A stretch of 63,111 bases of DNA, filler included, from Olpidium bornovanus S191 (Eukaryota > Fungi > Olpidiomycota), in assembly GCA_017911155.1 (NCBI GenBank). It is 28 parts of 28 records of this genome, joined end to end, with 100 filler letters (N's around TTAATTAATTAA, not from the genome) between each part and the next. Parts side by side here need not be neighbours in the genome. Positions count along the whole stretch, not along the records: positions 25,591 to 27,111 come from JAEFCI010009802.1; positions 27,212 to 28,578 come from JAEFCI010013063.1; positions 28,679 to 30,724 come from JAEFCI010005613.1; positions 30,825 to 32,942 come from JAEFCI010003474.1; positions 33,043 to 35,433 come from JAEFCI010004173.1; positions 35,534 to 39,739 come from JAEFCI010001852.1; positions 39,840 to 41,381 come from JAEFCI010005148.1; 21 more parts are not named here. The stretch is one strand, 5' to 3'. Position 1 is the stretch's first letter. Each line of letters begins with the position of its first letter. The notes under the pieces were generated by a model that was given only the letters and a program-made list of their open reading frames with translations, made no database searches and had not been told where the DNA came from. Shown here piece after piece: positions 25,591 through 40,611 of the stretch. A program made the position numbers and the translations under genes.

Positions 25591-27111
25591 CATGCTCGTG
25601 AATACGCTGATCAGGGTACGCCTCCGGGACCTTCATTCTGCGGACTTGCGTGGCTGCGCTTTAAGCGACAGAACGACAAAAGAAAATAATCAACGGATTG
25701 AAACGCACAGGATCTAAGCAGTAAAGCGGACCTGGAGGTCGCCGGGGCGCTGACTTTGCTGCACCGCCTCACCATTAGCGACACCGTCCCAGCCGTCCTG
25801 CCACACGTCCGGAGGCTGTTGGAGCATTCGTCGTGGGTTTTTGCTGCCGACGTGTGACTCTGCCCACGCTTCTCGCCTTTTTGAGAACGCAAATAGGACG
25901 GCGTTCAAAAGGAGTTCACACTCTGCGTTTCCAGCCCGCTTATCCGCAAAAAGGCCGTTCAGGCCGTACACCGCTTTCAGATATCCGACACGCCGCAGAT
26001 CTCGGAGGTGCATCCTATTCTCGATCGAGCACTAACGGACGCGGACTTTGACGTGGCGGCGGCCGGGGTGGCCCTCCTCGCCGATCTTGTGAAAGTGCGT
26101 TTTTCTCCTTGCGGTTTTCGTAATTTACTGAACATGGTTGCCTGATCTTTGGGGAGTCTGTCGCCGTGCTCCGAGAAAATTAGGCCGATCCGCACTGCAA
26201 CCTCCAGTACGCCGGTAAGATAAGGGGCATCCTGGAGCGGCTGATCGAGGGACGGACACCACGCGGCCTTGTGTACCATGGGGTGTTTGCTCCGTGGATT
26301 CAGGTCCAGTGCTTGGAAGTCCTTGGATCTATGGGATCCTGCAGCAAAAGGTACATGAGAAACTCTGCCGAATGTTGAGCCGCAGGCTTATCATTTTGTG
26401 ATCGGCCTCAATCTTTACTTCTCGCACAACGTGCTCGGTCCCACCAAACAGCGTAGCCCGACACAGCCTGCCGCTTGTTCTCCGGACGTTTAACCATGCA
26501 GTTGGCGGCGTCGATGCGGCGTACGGTAAAATTACGCTGCAGCGATTTTTTTTTGCGATAACTCTTAACCTGCGTTCGGGGACATTTCGCTGAGGTAACC
26601 GGGGGCCCTTCATGCAGCCGTTGCCTACGAAGCCATTCGAACTCTCTCGAAGATCTCACCGGAGAATTGTGCTCCCCGGAACCTTGACGTCGAGATGGTG
26701 GGCCCGGACCCGGCGTCGATGATAATGCAGTTTTTCCAGTTGAGAAACCGAAATATGCGGTTCCTCGCGTTGTCGGCGCTACCTCACATCCACCGGCTGG
26801 AGCCGTGGCTGGTCAGCAAGCTGCAGTCTACCGTGGTAGATCACCTTGCGGATGAGGATGAAACGTTGCGGAGGAAGGCAGGATAAGCTCGCTGTTCCGC
26901 GCTGGTCAGATTTAATCCGTTGGCCTAATGGCTCACGTTGCTCAACCTCTTCTGACTAGGCGATGAACCTGGTGCCTCTTGTCGCGAAGAATGACACGGC
27001 GGCGCTGATCGTCGGTGCGTGGAAGTGGTTTGAAGCGCGCCCGATTGCTCCTTGATTGTTGTTTAAGGTAACGCCGAACTTCTTGTCTGTTAGGACGACT
27101 CCTGTCCATGC
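25591..27111 (+). CDS. AP4E1: AP-4 complex subunit epsilon (adaptin N-terminal trunk), internal fragment
   Basis: Spliced: MLVNTLIR|DLSSKADLEVAGALTLLHRLTISDTVPAVLPHVRRLLEHSS|PLIRKKAVQAVHRF...RALTDADFDV...|ILERLIEGRTPRGLVYHGVFAPWIQVQCLEVLG...|AVAYEAIRTL...NMRFLALSAL...DHLADEDETLRRK|AMNLV. LVNT, PAVLP and YH.V.APW.Q are epsilon-type rather than gamma- or alpha-type signatures. Confidence 0.85.
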
Positions 27112-27336
27112 NNNNNNNNNNNNNNNNNNNNNNNNNNNNNNNNNNNNNNNNNNNNTTAATTAATTAANNNNNNNNNNNNNNNNNNNNNNNNNNNNNNNNN
27201 NNNNNNNNNNNCATGTCCGCCGAAGCGGACGCAAGCAAATTTCTGAAAACATATTCAAGCGCACGTCAGAGGTTCGGCGTGCACGGGGCGCAAGGTCGAC
27301 GGTTAACGTTCACACCACCTAATCCCCGCTCCTCAC

Positions 27337-28433
27337 CTGTGGTTATGGTTCCACGCAAGCCCCAGTACGGCATCAACGTGCCTCTCTTTGTTCGCGCTGC
27401 TACTTACGGCCTTCTTCTTCTTCTTCTTGTTCTTTTTTTTCTTTTCCCCCTTAGACGGAGTGGCGCAAGTCTCCTCTTGCGCCGTCGCTCGGCCGAGAAT
27501 CGCATCAGGATACATCGCGTCGGTGGTGTCTAGGTCCCAGATCTCGATCTCGGGGTCAAAGGTTCCGACCGCCACGTAATTTCCTGTGGCCACATAACGT
27601 ACACGGCTTCAAGTCAGGGGCGACTTTCGCAGAACACGGCGACAATTTCACCTTACGAAGCGCGGCGGCCAACGGGGCGGCAGCCGTCCACCTGCCGGAG
27701 GAAAGTTCTACGTACCACCGCCTTCCAGATCCCTTTTCCTCCCGACCCTAAAGTCCAGCCACTCCAGGCAGAGGGGAAACGCAGGGAGCATCACGTCATG
27801 CCGCACGTAAAGGTTGCCGACATCCTCGCCCTCGTAAACGCAAACCTCCAGGTGCGAAACGTCGTCCTCCGTCCGCGCGGCGAGGAGGAGGTTGTCAGTC
27901 GGCAGAACCTCGAGGTCCGCCCGGTGCAGTTCCTCTTCCTCGGCCGTGAGGGCTTCCTTTTGCGGCGCGCCCGTCGGAGTCCTGAACGTAATGTAAGGGT
28001 CCTCCTCATTGCCGTTGTAGTACGCCAGGCCCTTGACTCGGGCGAAAAGGGAGTTATCTGGCGCGGCAGGGAGAGAGCGAGGGTGCTTCAGGTTGCGAAA
28101 CACGGGCGCATTCGCGACCGCGGCGGGACGGGAGGGGGACGGTAGGGGAGAAGGGGGGGAAGGGCCGAGGAATTGGGGGCGGAACGCACCTTCCACGGCG
28201 TCGCTGTCCTCCTCGTCGTCGTCCATGTCCGAAGGCGCGTCGGCTGCTCCGGCAGGCGGGAGCAGGGCGTCCTGGACGTCGGCGCCCGTGGCCCTGCGGT
28301 ACTCCTCTCTCGCTGCGGCCAGCTCCTTCGCCGTGAGCTGGTGCACGTGGGCAAGGTCTTCGTCGGACATTTCGTAGCTGTCAGGCACGCGCTGGGCAGC
28401 GCCTTTCTTGACCCAGGCGACGGCGGATATCAT
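27337..28433 (-). CDS. PWP1: Periodic tryptophan protein 1 (WD40 ribosome-biogenesis factor), 3' truncated
   Basis: MISAVAWVKKGAA, EEDPYI, TDNLLLAARTEDDVSHLEVCVYE, NLYVRHDVMLPAFPLCLEWLDF, GNYVAVGTFDPEIEIWDLD, HVDAVLGLAWN. Confidence 0.96.
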
Positions 28434-28521
28434 TTTGGAGGTGAAGGGGGTTGTTGGGGCGCGGCGTTTCGACGCACTCTCCGGAGCGTTCTGGGGCGGA
28501 GTGCAGCAAACGCCGTGGCGA

Positions 28522-28578
<57 letters not shown>

Positions 28579-28678
28579 NNNNNNNNNNNNNNNNNNNNNN
28601 NNNNNNNNNNNNNNNNNNNNNNTTAATTAATTAANNNNNNNNNNNNNNNNNNNNNNNNNNNNNNNNNNNNNNNNNNNN

Positions 28679-30440
28679 ATCCTGATTGTGTTCAGCTGTT
28701 GAACGAAAGCGGAGACAGACGCGAACGAGATTAGTGCAAGAAGTCGTTATCACGGTGCGCGAGCAAAAAGCAGTGGTGAGTAGCGCGAGAAAAAAAAAAC
28801 AAAACAAAAAAAGGAAAAAGGTAACGATCTTTTAATTGTAAGTAAACAGTTTTAGGAGTCTTTGTCTTTCCTTTCGCTTTTATTAGAGACAACAAGAACA
28901 GGGAAAAAGTGTTCGCGACTTGGCTCTTTTTGTTATTCTTTGTGTTGGGGGTTTTTCTTTTGGGAAGTTGTGTGAGAAAGAGAAACCCTGCAACGAGTGG
29001 GGCTTGCTATTTATGCTCACCACTGTTGCCCAGCCGCTACACCATGGTTGCCCATCGTGCTTTGCCCATGGTTGACCATGGTGCTTTGCCCATGGTTGAC
29101 GGTTGACGGTTGTTCCGCGTGGCGTTCACGCGGCCCGCCGTTTGCGTCACGTTTTACCATGGTGCTTTGCCCATGGTTGACGGTTGACGCGTGGCGTTCA
29201 CGAGGTCACCGCCGCCGTCGCGGCCGCCTCTGGCCGCCTCCATGGTCACGCGGCCGCCGCCGCCGCCGCCTTGGCCGCTTCCATGGTCACGCGACCGCCG
29301 CCGCCGCCGCCTGGCCGCTTCCATGGTTCACGCGGCCGCCGCCGCCGCCACCTCGGGCCGCCTCCATGGTTCACGCGGCCGCCGTCGCGGCCGCCTCGGC
29401 CGCCTTCATGGTCAGGCGGCCGCCGGCTTCGGAAAGAGGTCTCGGAGGTTTCGGAGGTCTCGGAGGTCTCGGAGGTCTCGGAGATCTCGGAGGAGTCTCG
29501 GAGAGAGGGGTCTGCCCGCGTGGCCCGCCGAAAAAGAGGGGCGGTTCTGGAGGGCGTCCGTGTGGCGTCGCTCCCCGTTTTTTTTTTTTTTTTTTTTTTC
29601 CTTCCCGGCGCGAAGGCGCCGACCGGCGGAAAAGCGCAGCCCGGCGGAAAAGCGCCGCCCGCGTTGGGCTGCAGGCAATGGCGACTTCTTCTTCTTCTCG
29701 ATTCTTTCAGCTTCGTGAACCGCCGATAGCGGCAGCGACTGATGGGGAACCGTACCAGCTGCTGTGCGAAAATGAAGACAAACCCGGTGGGAATTAGCGG
29801 TGAACAGTTGTGATTCGAAAACAGTAGAGATAGTTAACAGAGGTCACGGTGAAAAGAGAAAAGCGTGACTCCGGCGTCGTGGACTGCCACCGGTGGCAGC
29901 GGAATCCCAGGACGAGCAAGCTCTGCGACGCGATGGGAGGAACTGTTGGCAGATGTTGCGGGACATCGCGGTTCAGGCCGGGCGAACGCGCTCCGTAGTC
30001 CAATTTTTCTAAAACTGGAGAAAGTGTCCTGAGCGTGGAAGGATGCAGGAGAAAAAAAGCGATGCGGGAGGTGCGTGGCAACGCGTCCCGCGCCCTCGCG
30101 CAAGTCCTCCGCGTTTCGAAGCGCAGGCGAGAGAACGGCGGCGAGGGGCCACAGGTCCTCCGGCTTCCGAGTTCGGGGGAGCGACGCGTCTCGCGGGGGC
30201 GACGGGACACAAGTCCTCCAGTTTTTCGAGTTCGGGGGAGGGAGCGCAGGCGGGAGAACGGCGCGTGAGCCCGGGTATTTATACCGGCGGCCCGATCACG
30301 TGAAGTCTCCAGCACCGGCCGGCGGGCGGCTGCTGCTACAACGTCCCCGTTGCCCCCGCTCGTCGGCTGGCGTCCGCCGGACCGTGTTCCGAGTATCCCC
30401 GGTTGCGGACACGCAGTGAAAGCCATGTTGTTGACGCCGC
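28679..30440 (-). repeat. Dispersed non-coding repeat, copy B, interrupted by an ~865-bp extra segment
   Basis: Reverse-complement homology to 24135-25120 on both sides of 28834-29698. Confidence 0.88.
28834..29698 (-). mobile_element. LTR-like insertion inside repeat copy B
   Basis: Absent from copy A. Read on the minus strand it has GC-rich internal repeats (CCATGG-containing units; a 9-mer GAGGTCTCG array at ~29437-29500), ATAAATA (29008-29014), AATAAA (28879-28884) and a terminal ...TTACA (28837). No clean TSD. Confidence 0.5.
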
Positions 30441-30594
30441 GTCTTTCCCGTGTCCCTTCGACCCGGAGAACCCCCGCCCGCGTTCAAACCGGTCGGGGTT
30501 TGTTTCACTTTTTATTTTTTTTTATTTATTCTTTTTTCCTTGGACCTCACGAGATCAAAACGTCGCTCAAACACCGGGCTCCGCCTCCCAAGGC

Positions 30595-30629
<35 letters not shown>

Positions 30630-30668
30630 CCCCCGGGGGCCCCGGGGGGGGGGGGGGGGGTGGGGGCC

Positions 30669-30710
<42 letters not shown>

Positions 30711-30939
30711 CTCGCGCGGGGGGGNNNNNNNNNNNNNNNNNNNNNNNNNNNNNNNNNNNNNNNNNNNNTTAATTAATTAANNNNNNNNNNNNNNNNNNNN
30801 NNNNNNNNNNNNNNNNNNNNNNNNCATGACCTTCCGGGGGGAGTTTTTTTTTTTGAAGATTAGGCATCTTCAATTGGGCGACAGGGAAGGGGTTGTCTTT
30901 TATGGCCGTCGTGACCGAGCGGCGCGAGCGGCCGCTCAC

Positions 30940-31450
30940 GTTTTCTCCTCCAGGACGCCAACGTTATCAAGCATCAGCTCGCAGTACAACAGCACGAGCT
31001 CCATTGCCTCAACCTTGAGGTCTTCGCGAATGAGAAGTTCGACCTCAACCACGTTTGCGCCGGAAAGAAGTCAGAAGCTCCTTCCACCTTCATCGGTTGT
31101 CGTTTTCCCGCGAGCGAAGGAGACACCCCGTTTGCGCCCCCCTACACGCACCCTCAGGCGGGCGCTCTCGACCTTTCTCCTCGCGAGGAGTTCGGCGAGC
31201 TGGAACGCTTGCTGTTTCCCGCTTGCATCCGTCTTGGCCTGCAAGTGCTTGAGCCGGCCGATCGCCAGCTTGAGCCGAGCCTTCGTGCGCCGAGGGTCGA
31301 GCGTTAAGCGAAAAAACGCGGGAAAAATTTGGTTCGGGGAGAAGGCCGAGTTCAACAGAGCAGTCGGATCCCGCGATTCGTCAATCCGCGGTTTTTCTGC
31401 AAATAAGAAAGACCAGGCGTTACCTTGAAACGCTGGGCGTTGAACCTCAT
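30940..31450 (-). CDS. IST1: ESCRT-III-associated Ist1, N-terminal exons (3' truncated)
   Basis: Spliced: MRFNAQRFK|ARLKLAIGRLKHLQAKTDASGKQQAFQLAELLARRKVESARLR|VELLIREDLKVEAMELVLLYCELMLDNVGVLEEK, which matches the Ist1 N-terminal domain. Confidence 0.9.
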
Positions 31451-32416
31451 CCCCGCGGGCAATTCCCTGTTTTAGGAGAACAAATGCCCGGAGAAAACGT
31501 GTGGTTAGATTTAAAGCCAAGCCGCCTCGCCCCGTTGGGGGGAAAGGCGGTGGGAGGACGGCGGGGGTCGATGGGTCTGGGCTGGTTTTTTCTCAGCAGA
31601 ATGGTTTGATGATGACGCACAGCGGTTTCTGGCGCGGGCGGGAAAAACCGTCCGGAGGGGGGGCGGTGGGGGGGTGAATGGGGGGGAAGGGGTTTTACGC
31701 GTTCGAAACCCGGCCCCGGACCGTCCTCGCCCCCTTTCCCGCGGGGTTCCGACGTGTTTTTTGTTTACACTTCGTTCCATGGAAAGAAAACCCTAAACGG
31801 CCCCGAAGCCTTGCGCGCACGTCTTTCTGCGCCCCCGACAGGGTTTGAGTAGATGCGCCAAAAACGCGTGGGACGATGGCCATTGCCGCGCTGTGCCTGC
31901 CACGCAAAGACAGCACAATGGTGCCCGCCGTCGCAGGATTGAAAAAAAAAAAAAAAAAAAAAAGAAAAAAGAGAATTCGGAATACAGTGGCAATGATAAC
32001 AATAGGGAATGCCCCGAATTGCACTTGCCAGCCGTATGAAGCGAGCAGCGCCACGAAAAAACCCAACGTTGGAAAACGCAAGAGGCACCCCTCCCGCGGG
32101 CGTCAATATCCATGGAGATGCAAAACGGCGCATGCAGCAAAACTAAATTGTTGCGCATCCAGGTCGCCGACGCCCGCGTTGGTTACCGGGCCGGTCGTCA
32201 GATATTTTTCAATTGCGCCACGAGGGGCGGGAAGCTGGTTCCCGCCGCTGAACGCCAATTTACTACATAATCTACTAGTAATTGAAAGCCGACTCGCGCG
32301 GCAGATCTTGACAGCAAGGTGGAGGGGGTGATTCATGTGGGTGTCGACGCAGGTCCCGTGGAAGGTAGCATAGGAAACTTGCGATTCTAAACAAGTGAAT
32401 GAAAACTCGTGCAGAC

Positions 32417-32480
32417 CCCAAACCTGGCGGTTCGGGAATAACTCACAATCCCAAACCTGGCGCGGTTCGGGAATAACTCA
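32417..32480. repeat. Short tandem duplication (29-31 bp x2)
   Basis: CCCAAACCTGGC(GC)GGTTCGGGAATAACTCA occurs twice, 4 bp apart. Confidence 0.85.
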
Positions 32481-33042
32481 TTGTATTTATCCAATTTTTG
32501 CACTTCCTGAGCCCGGTAACGTCCGCGGCCGGCGACTTTAGTAGGGCGCTGGTGCGGCGGATTATGGCCCTGAAGAAGACGCAAGTGCAATCGAGCTCAG
32601 CCGCCCCACGGCTCCAATCTTGTCCAATCTTGCCAACACGCAGCTCCGCACCATGGATATCGCGAACGTGCGGCCTCGCCACAAACCTGAAACTTTTTAG
32701 CGTTCATCACTGTTCTCACCGTTCGCGCGCAGATTACCAAGCGTCCTGTCAGAACCGGGTGGCCGCCAGCGGTCTACTGCCCGTTTCGAGCGTGCCGCTC
32801 TGGCGGTAGATCTCCCCGCGGCGCGCAGCGGGCGAGCCCCGCGAATTGGTGTTCTTATTTAATACTTACGCTTGCCCGTTTTTTCAAAAACGATTCGTCG
32901 GACAGACAGCTTGGAAAAAAATAAGGGCGAAATAAAATCATGNNNNNNNNNNNNNNNNNNNNNNNNNNNNNNNNNNNNNNNNNNNNTTAATTAATTAANN
33001 NNNNNNNNNNNNNNNNNNNNNNNNNNNNNNNNNNNNNNNNNN

Positions 33043-34315
33043 AGCATGCAGGGTTAAGTTGACTGCGGCTTTGGCCAGGAGCTTAACAGACCCTTCAGTA
33101 TCGATGTTCTCTTCAGTCACGGCGTCCGCCAAACGGACTGGAAGGATCACCGCCCAGGCCACCGGAACCGTCGACAAGGCAGAGGCCATAAGGATAACGC
33201 CTGGAAGACACAACCCGCTGCCCGATCGAATCAGAATCACAAGCCCTGGCGACCTTGTAAATTTTATGAGTCGTCCTATCATTTCCCGAGTGACTGTCCG
33301 CTGACCCCCGCGGATTGCATGCTACAGCTGCTGCGCGTGAGCAGAAGCCCATGGCTGCCTCAGCCACAACAGATAAGCCGCCTTGTGATGCCCTGACTCA
33401 TGCTTGGGCACTCCTTGCACGAGGCACAACCAACGTGCGCCGCACAACCGACAATGTCGACGATGACGTCACATTTCTTGCCCGAGGCGCAGCCGCCCAT
33501 GTCCCTGATGACGTTAATGCATACGGGATGCAGGTCACACACATGATCATCATGAATTTTAGTGCAACCGAACATATAGCGACATCATCCATGAAGCTTC
33601 ATGAAACACACCAAACGAACACGGAAGTCGACGTCGCTGATGTGACCTCTATCCTTTTCAGCAAGGCCGGTGACGTCCAGCTCTTGACACCCCACAACCT
33701 GGGCCTTGTGTTGGAAAATGCTTTGTCTGTCCCGTCTTTCTCCTCGTCATTGTTTTCCATTGCCCATGCGTGCGGCCATGGGACCACTGTCCTTTTCACT
33801 AAACGTGGCGCACAAATCTTTGACGAGCAGTCTGGGAATTCTCATTGCCACCAGGACTCGCCAAGGCAACCTCCATGCCCTGGATTCTCACCAGGCCGCT
33901 AACCCCTCGATGCCGATTACCGTAAATGTGACGTCGATTACCGCAAACATGATTACCGATGTCGTCGCTCTCCACACTGGCGTCCCGCCCTCCTTGTTGT
34001 GGCACCGTCAGATGGCACATCTTGGTTTGAAAAATGTTTAGTGCCTCGAATTACGCACTCACCTCCCCGGGTTTACCTTTTGACTTGAGGAGGAGAACTG
34101 CGATCCCTGCAAGCTAGGGAAGGCCCCCCGAAAGCCACGCTACACACTCCGTGACTACCCCTTTGGAGCTGGATGCCATTCGTTGCCTGGTCCCGCATGT
34201 TGACAACCCAACTGCTGAAGAATGCAGATGCTATTAGGAGCTGACAGGCAGCCTCCTGTATCTTGCGCTCTGCACAAGACTGGACATAGCCACTGCAGTC
34301 AGTTTGTCGCCGCCC
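33043..34315 (+). mobile_element. Degenerate Ty1/copia retrotransposon (gag end, protease, pre-integrase/zinc finger, RT C-terminal scrap)
   Basis: Protease-like IIMNFSATEHI...LENALSVPSFSSSLFSI, LLWHRQMAHLG, CDPCKLGK, then directly TTPLELDAIRCL...CY*ELTGSLLYLALCTRLDIATAVS. The integrase core and most of RT are deleted near 34135. Confidence 0.85.
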
Positions 34316-35153
34316 CGAGTTTTCAATATTTCGCCGTATCGAACTCCTTTCGCCACCACGGAGAAGCCTTACGCCGAGAGACAGTATGGGCGGTAATGAG
34401 CCTATCCCGTTATTCCCGGCCGGGAACGTCGACATCCCCAGAGCTGAGGGAGCAGTAAAACCTACCAGGCGAACTTGTGCGTCGATCTCCTGCAGGTCAT
34501 CGCCTTTCGACAACCTCTCCTCGCGAAACAAGTCGATTGCGCAGGATTCCACGCCGTCCGCGCCCGCAAGCAGGGGGAAAGTGGGCGGGACATTTTCGCC
34601 TCTCCCGCTAAGTAAGGAAGCCTCGCACCAGGCCGTCCTTGTATCCGTCAAAGGGAACTCGACTTCGGATCGCGGGAATCGCAGGTGGCGGCTGGAAACG
34701 GTTTTTGCCCACCAACCGGTTGTCAAACTCGGTCGCAACACCGTTAAACGGTCGAGTTCGCCGCCAGGCGTGACGTGTTTCCAACCCCCGCAGACACGGA
34801 TGGCACGCGTCGCGCTGTAGACTCCGAAGTCAACCGGGTTTCGGGCGAGTACCCCGTTTTCGATCTCGTACCGCGCGGCGTTGTCCTTCAACCATCCGAG
34901 AAAAATGGTCACAAAAACGCGCAAGTGTAACCGAAGAGAACGAAAGGACAACTCGAAGCATTTCATCTGGATCGACGCCTTCATTCCTTCCCATGAATGA
35001 AGGACCCCGCTTGCCAAAATATCCGAGTTCGAAAAGGACGAACTGCAGAAGGAAGCCGTTGGGGACGAGAACATCCTGGAATCGATGGTAAAATTAAAAG
35101 CCATTACGCAGGTTTTCTGGGGAGCTGAGCGCCGCAGGGAGACCCTCGGTGCC
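34316..35153 (-). CDS. PrimPol-like archaeo-eukaryotic primase (AEP) domain with degenerate catalytic motifs
   Basis: Open frame contains CVMAFNFTI (cf. PrimPol CKLYFDLEF), LHSWEGMKASIQ (cf. LDSSTDEKFSRH), VDFGVYSATRAIRVCGGWK (cf. VDLGVYTRNRNFRLYKSSK), WCEASLLS and LQEIDAQV (cf. YPEVDHFV). Probable upstream intron 35207-35154 (GTAAGA...TTGCAG). Confidence 0.65.
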
Positions 35154-35533
35154 CTGCAAAATCTGTGTACTGTCGCGTGGTATAACTCTGTTATGGAGAT
35201 GTCTTACGCGCTATATGTAAGGTGAGTTGGTGGGACTGACTGCACGACGCTTACTGTTTGTGCGGGGATTTTGGTGGACTAAACGCCGAACGCGGTTGCA
35301 CGCCAGAGGAAAATCCACAGGGTGGACCGCATTCGGAAAAAAAACCGCACGTGCGTTGACGTCACGGGACGCGGAGGCCGGCTTCGTCGGCGTTTCGCAG
35401 CAAAAGACATTTGTGTCCAAAGTAAATCACATGNNNNNNNNNNNNNNNNNNNNNNNNNNNNNNNNNNNNNNNNNNNNTTAATTAATTAANNNNNNNNNNN
35501 NNNNNNNNNNNNNNNNNNNNNNNNNNNNNNNNN

Positions 35534-39556
<4,023 letters not shown>

Positions 39557-39605
39557 CGGGCAGCACGCGTAAAAAAATTTCGGCCGGCTGAGATCGGCCC
39601 CCCCC

Positions 39606-39641
<36 letters not shown>

Positions 39642-40611
39642 CGGGGGGGGGGGGGGTGGGGGGGGGGGGGGCGGGGGGGGGGCGGCGGGGGGGGGGGGGT
39701 GGGGGGGTGTGTGTGTGTGTGTGTTTGTGTGTGTTTTTANNNNNNNNNNNNNNNNNNNNNNNNNNNNNNNNNNNNNNNNNNNNTTAATTAATTAANNNNN
39801 NNNNNNNNNNNNNNNNNNNNNNNNNNNNNNNNNNNNNNNCGGCGGCGGCGGCGGCGAAGAAGGCGGAGCGGCGGCTGGCGCTTCCCGGTGGCGCGCGGGC
39901 ACAGCGAGCAGGCAGCGCAGGGAGAAGAGCGACAAAGCGGGAGAGCGGGCAAAGCTATGGTCGCTTGGCAATGATGCAGGCGCCGGCAATGGTGCAGCGG
40001 GAGAGCGGAATGGTGCTGATAACGTGTTGCAAAAGCTTCTTCGTTCCGTCTTCCTTCCTCTCTCCTTTCCCCTTCCGTTGTTTGCGTTTGACGGCGGGAG
40101 GAAGAGCTCCAGGGGGAGCTCCCCTCCCGGTCTTGGCATCTTCGATCACGTGACGTGACCGTAGAGCGGTACTCTTTCGGTTCACAACAAAAAGGAAAAA
40201 AATAAAACAGAACGGCGCGCCCGAGGCTGGCTATTTCTCAGCCTGCGGCTCAACACTTCCGTCTGTGGTATCCAAACCCACTTCTCTCTCGCCCTTTCCC
40301 TGACCCCCCCCCTCCCCCTCCCCACCCACATCAGGACCTCGAACAATGATCAAACTCGTGTTGTTTGAATTCACACAGCGGCCGCACTATTTGCAGAGCA
40401 AAAATGAAGCGACTCAGGAAAAGCAAAATCGCCGCGAGGTTTTCCAGGGGAAGGGCAGGTCGAAATGAGGGCGTACCAGAAAATGAAGCAGGGAAATTTA
40501 GCACATATTTCACACCGGGCTTTATCGGGAGTTGGGACGGGGTCGCGGCCGCGAAGGGCGCAGAATGCGGAGAAGATATATAAGACGGCGGGTGGGCTTT
40601 CCCCTCTGCAT

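Noticed and set aside
30470-30500. tRNA/SINE from the B-box-like GTTCAAACC followed by a T-rich tract
   Set aside because: No A-box at a suitable distance and no cloverleaf can be drawn.
32417-32480. CRISPR-like direct repeats
   Set aside because: Only two copies, separated by 4 bp, with no spacer and no cas genes, in a eukaryotic context.
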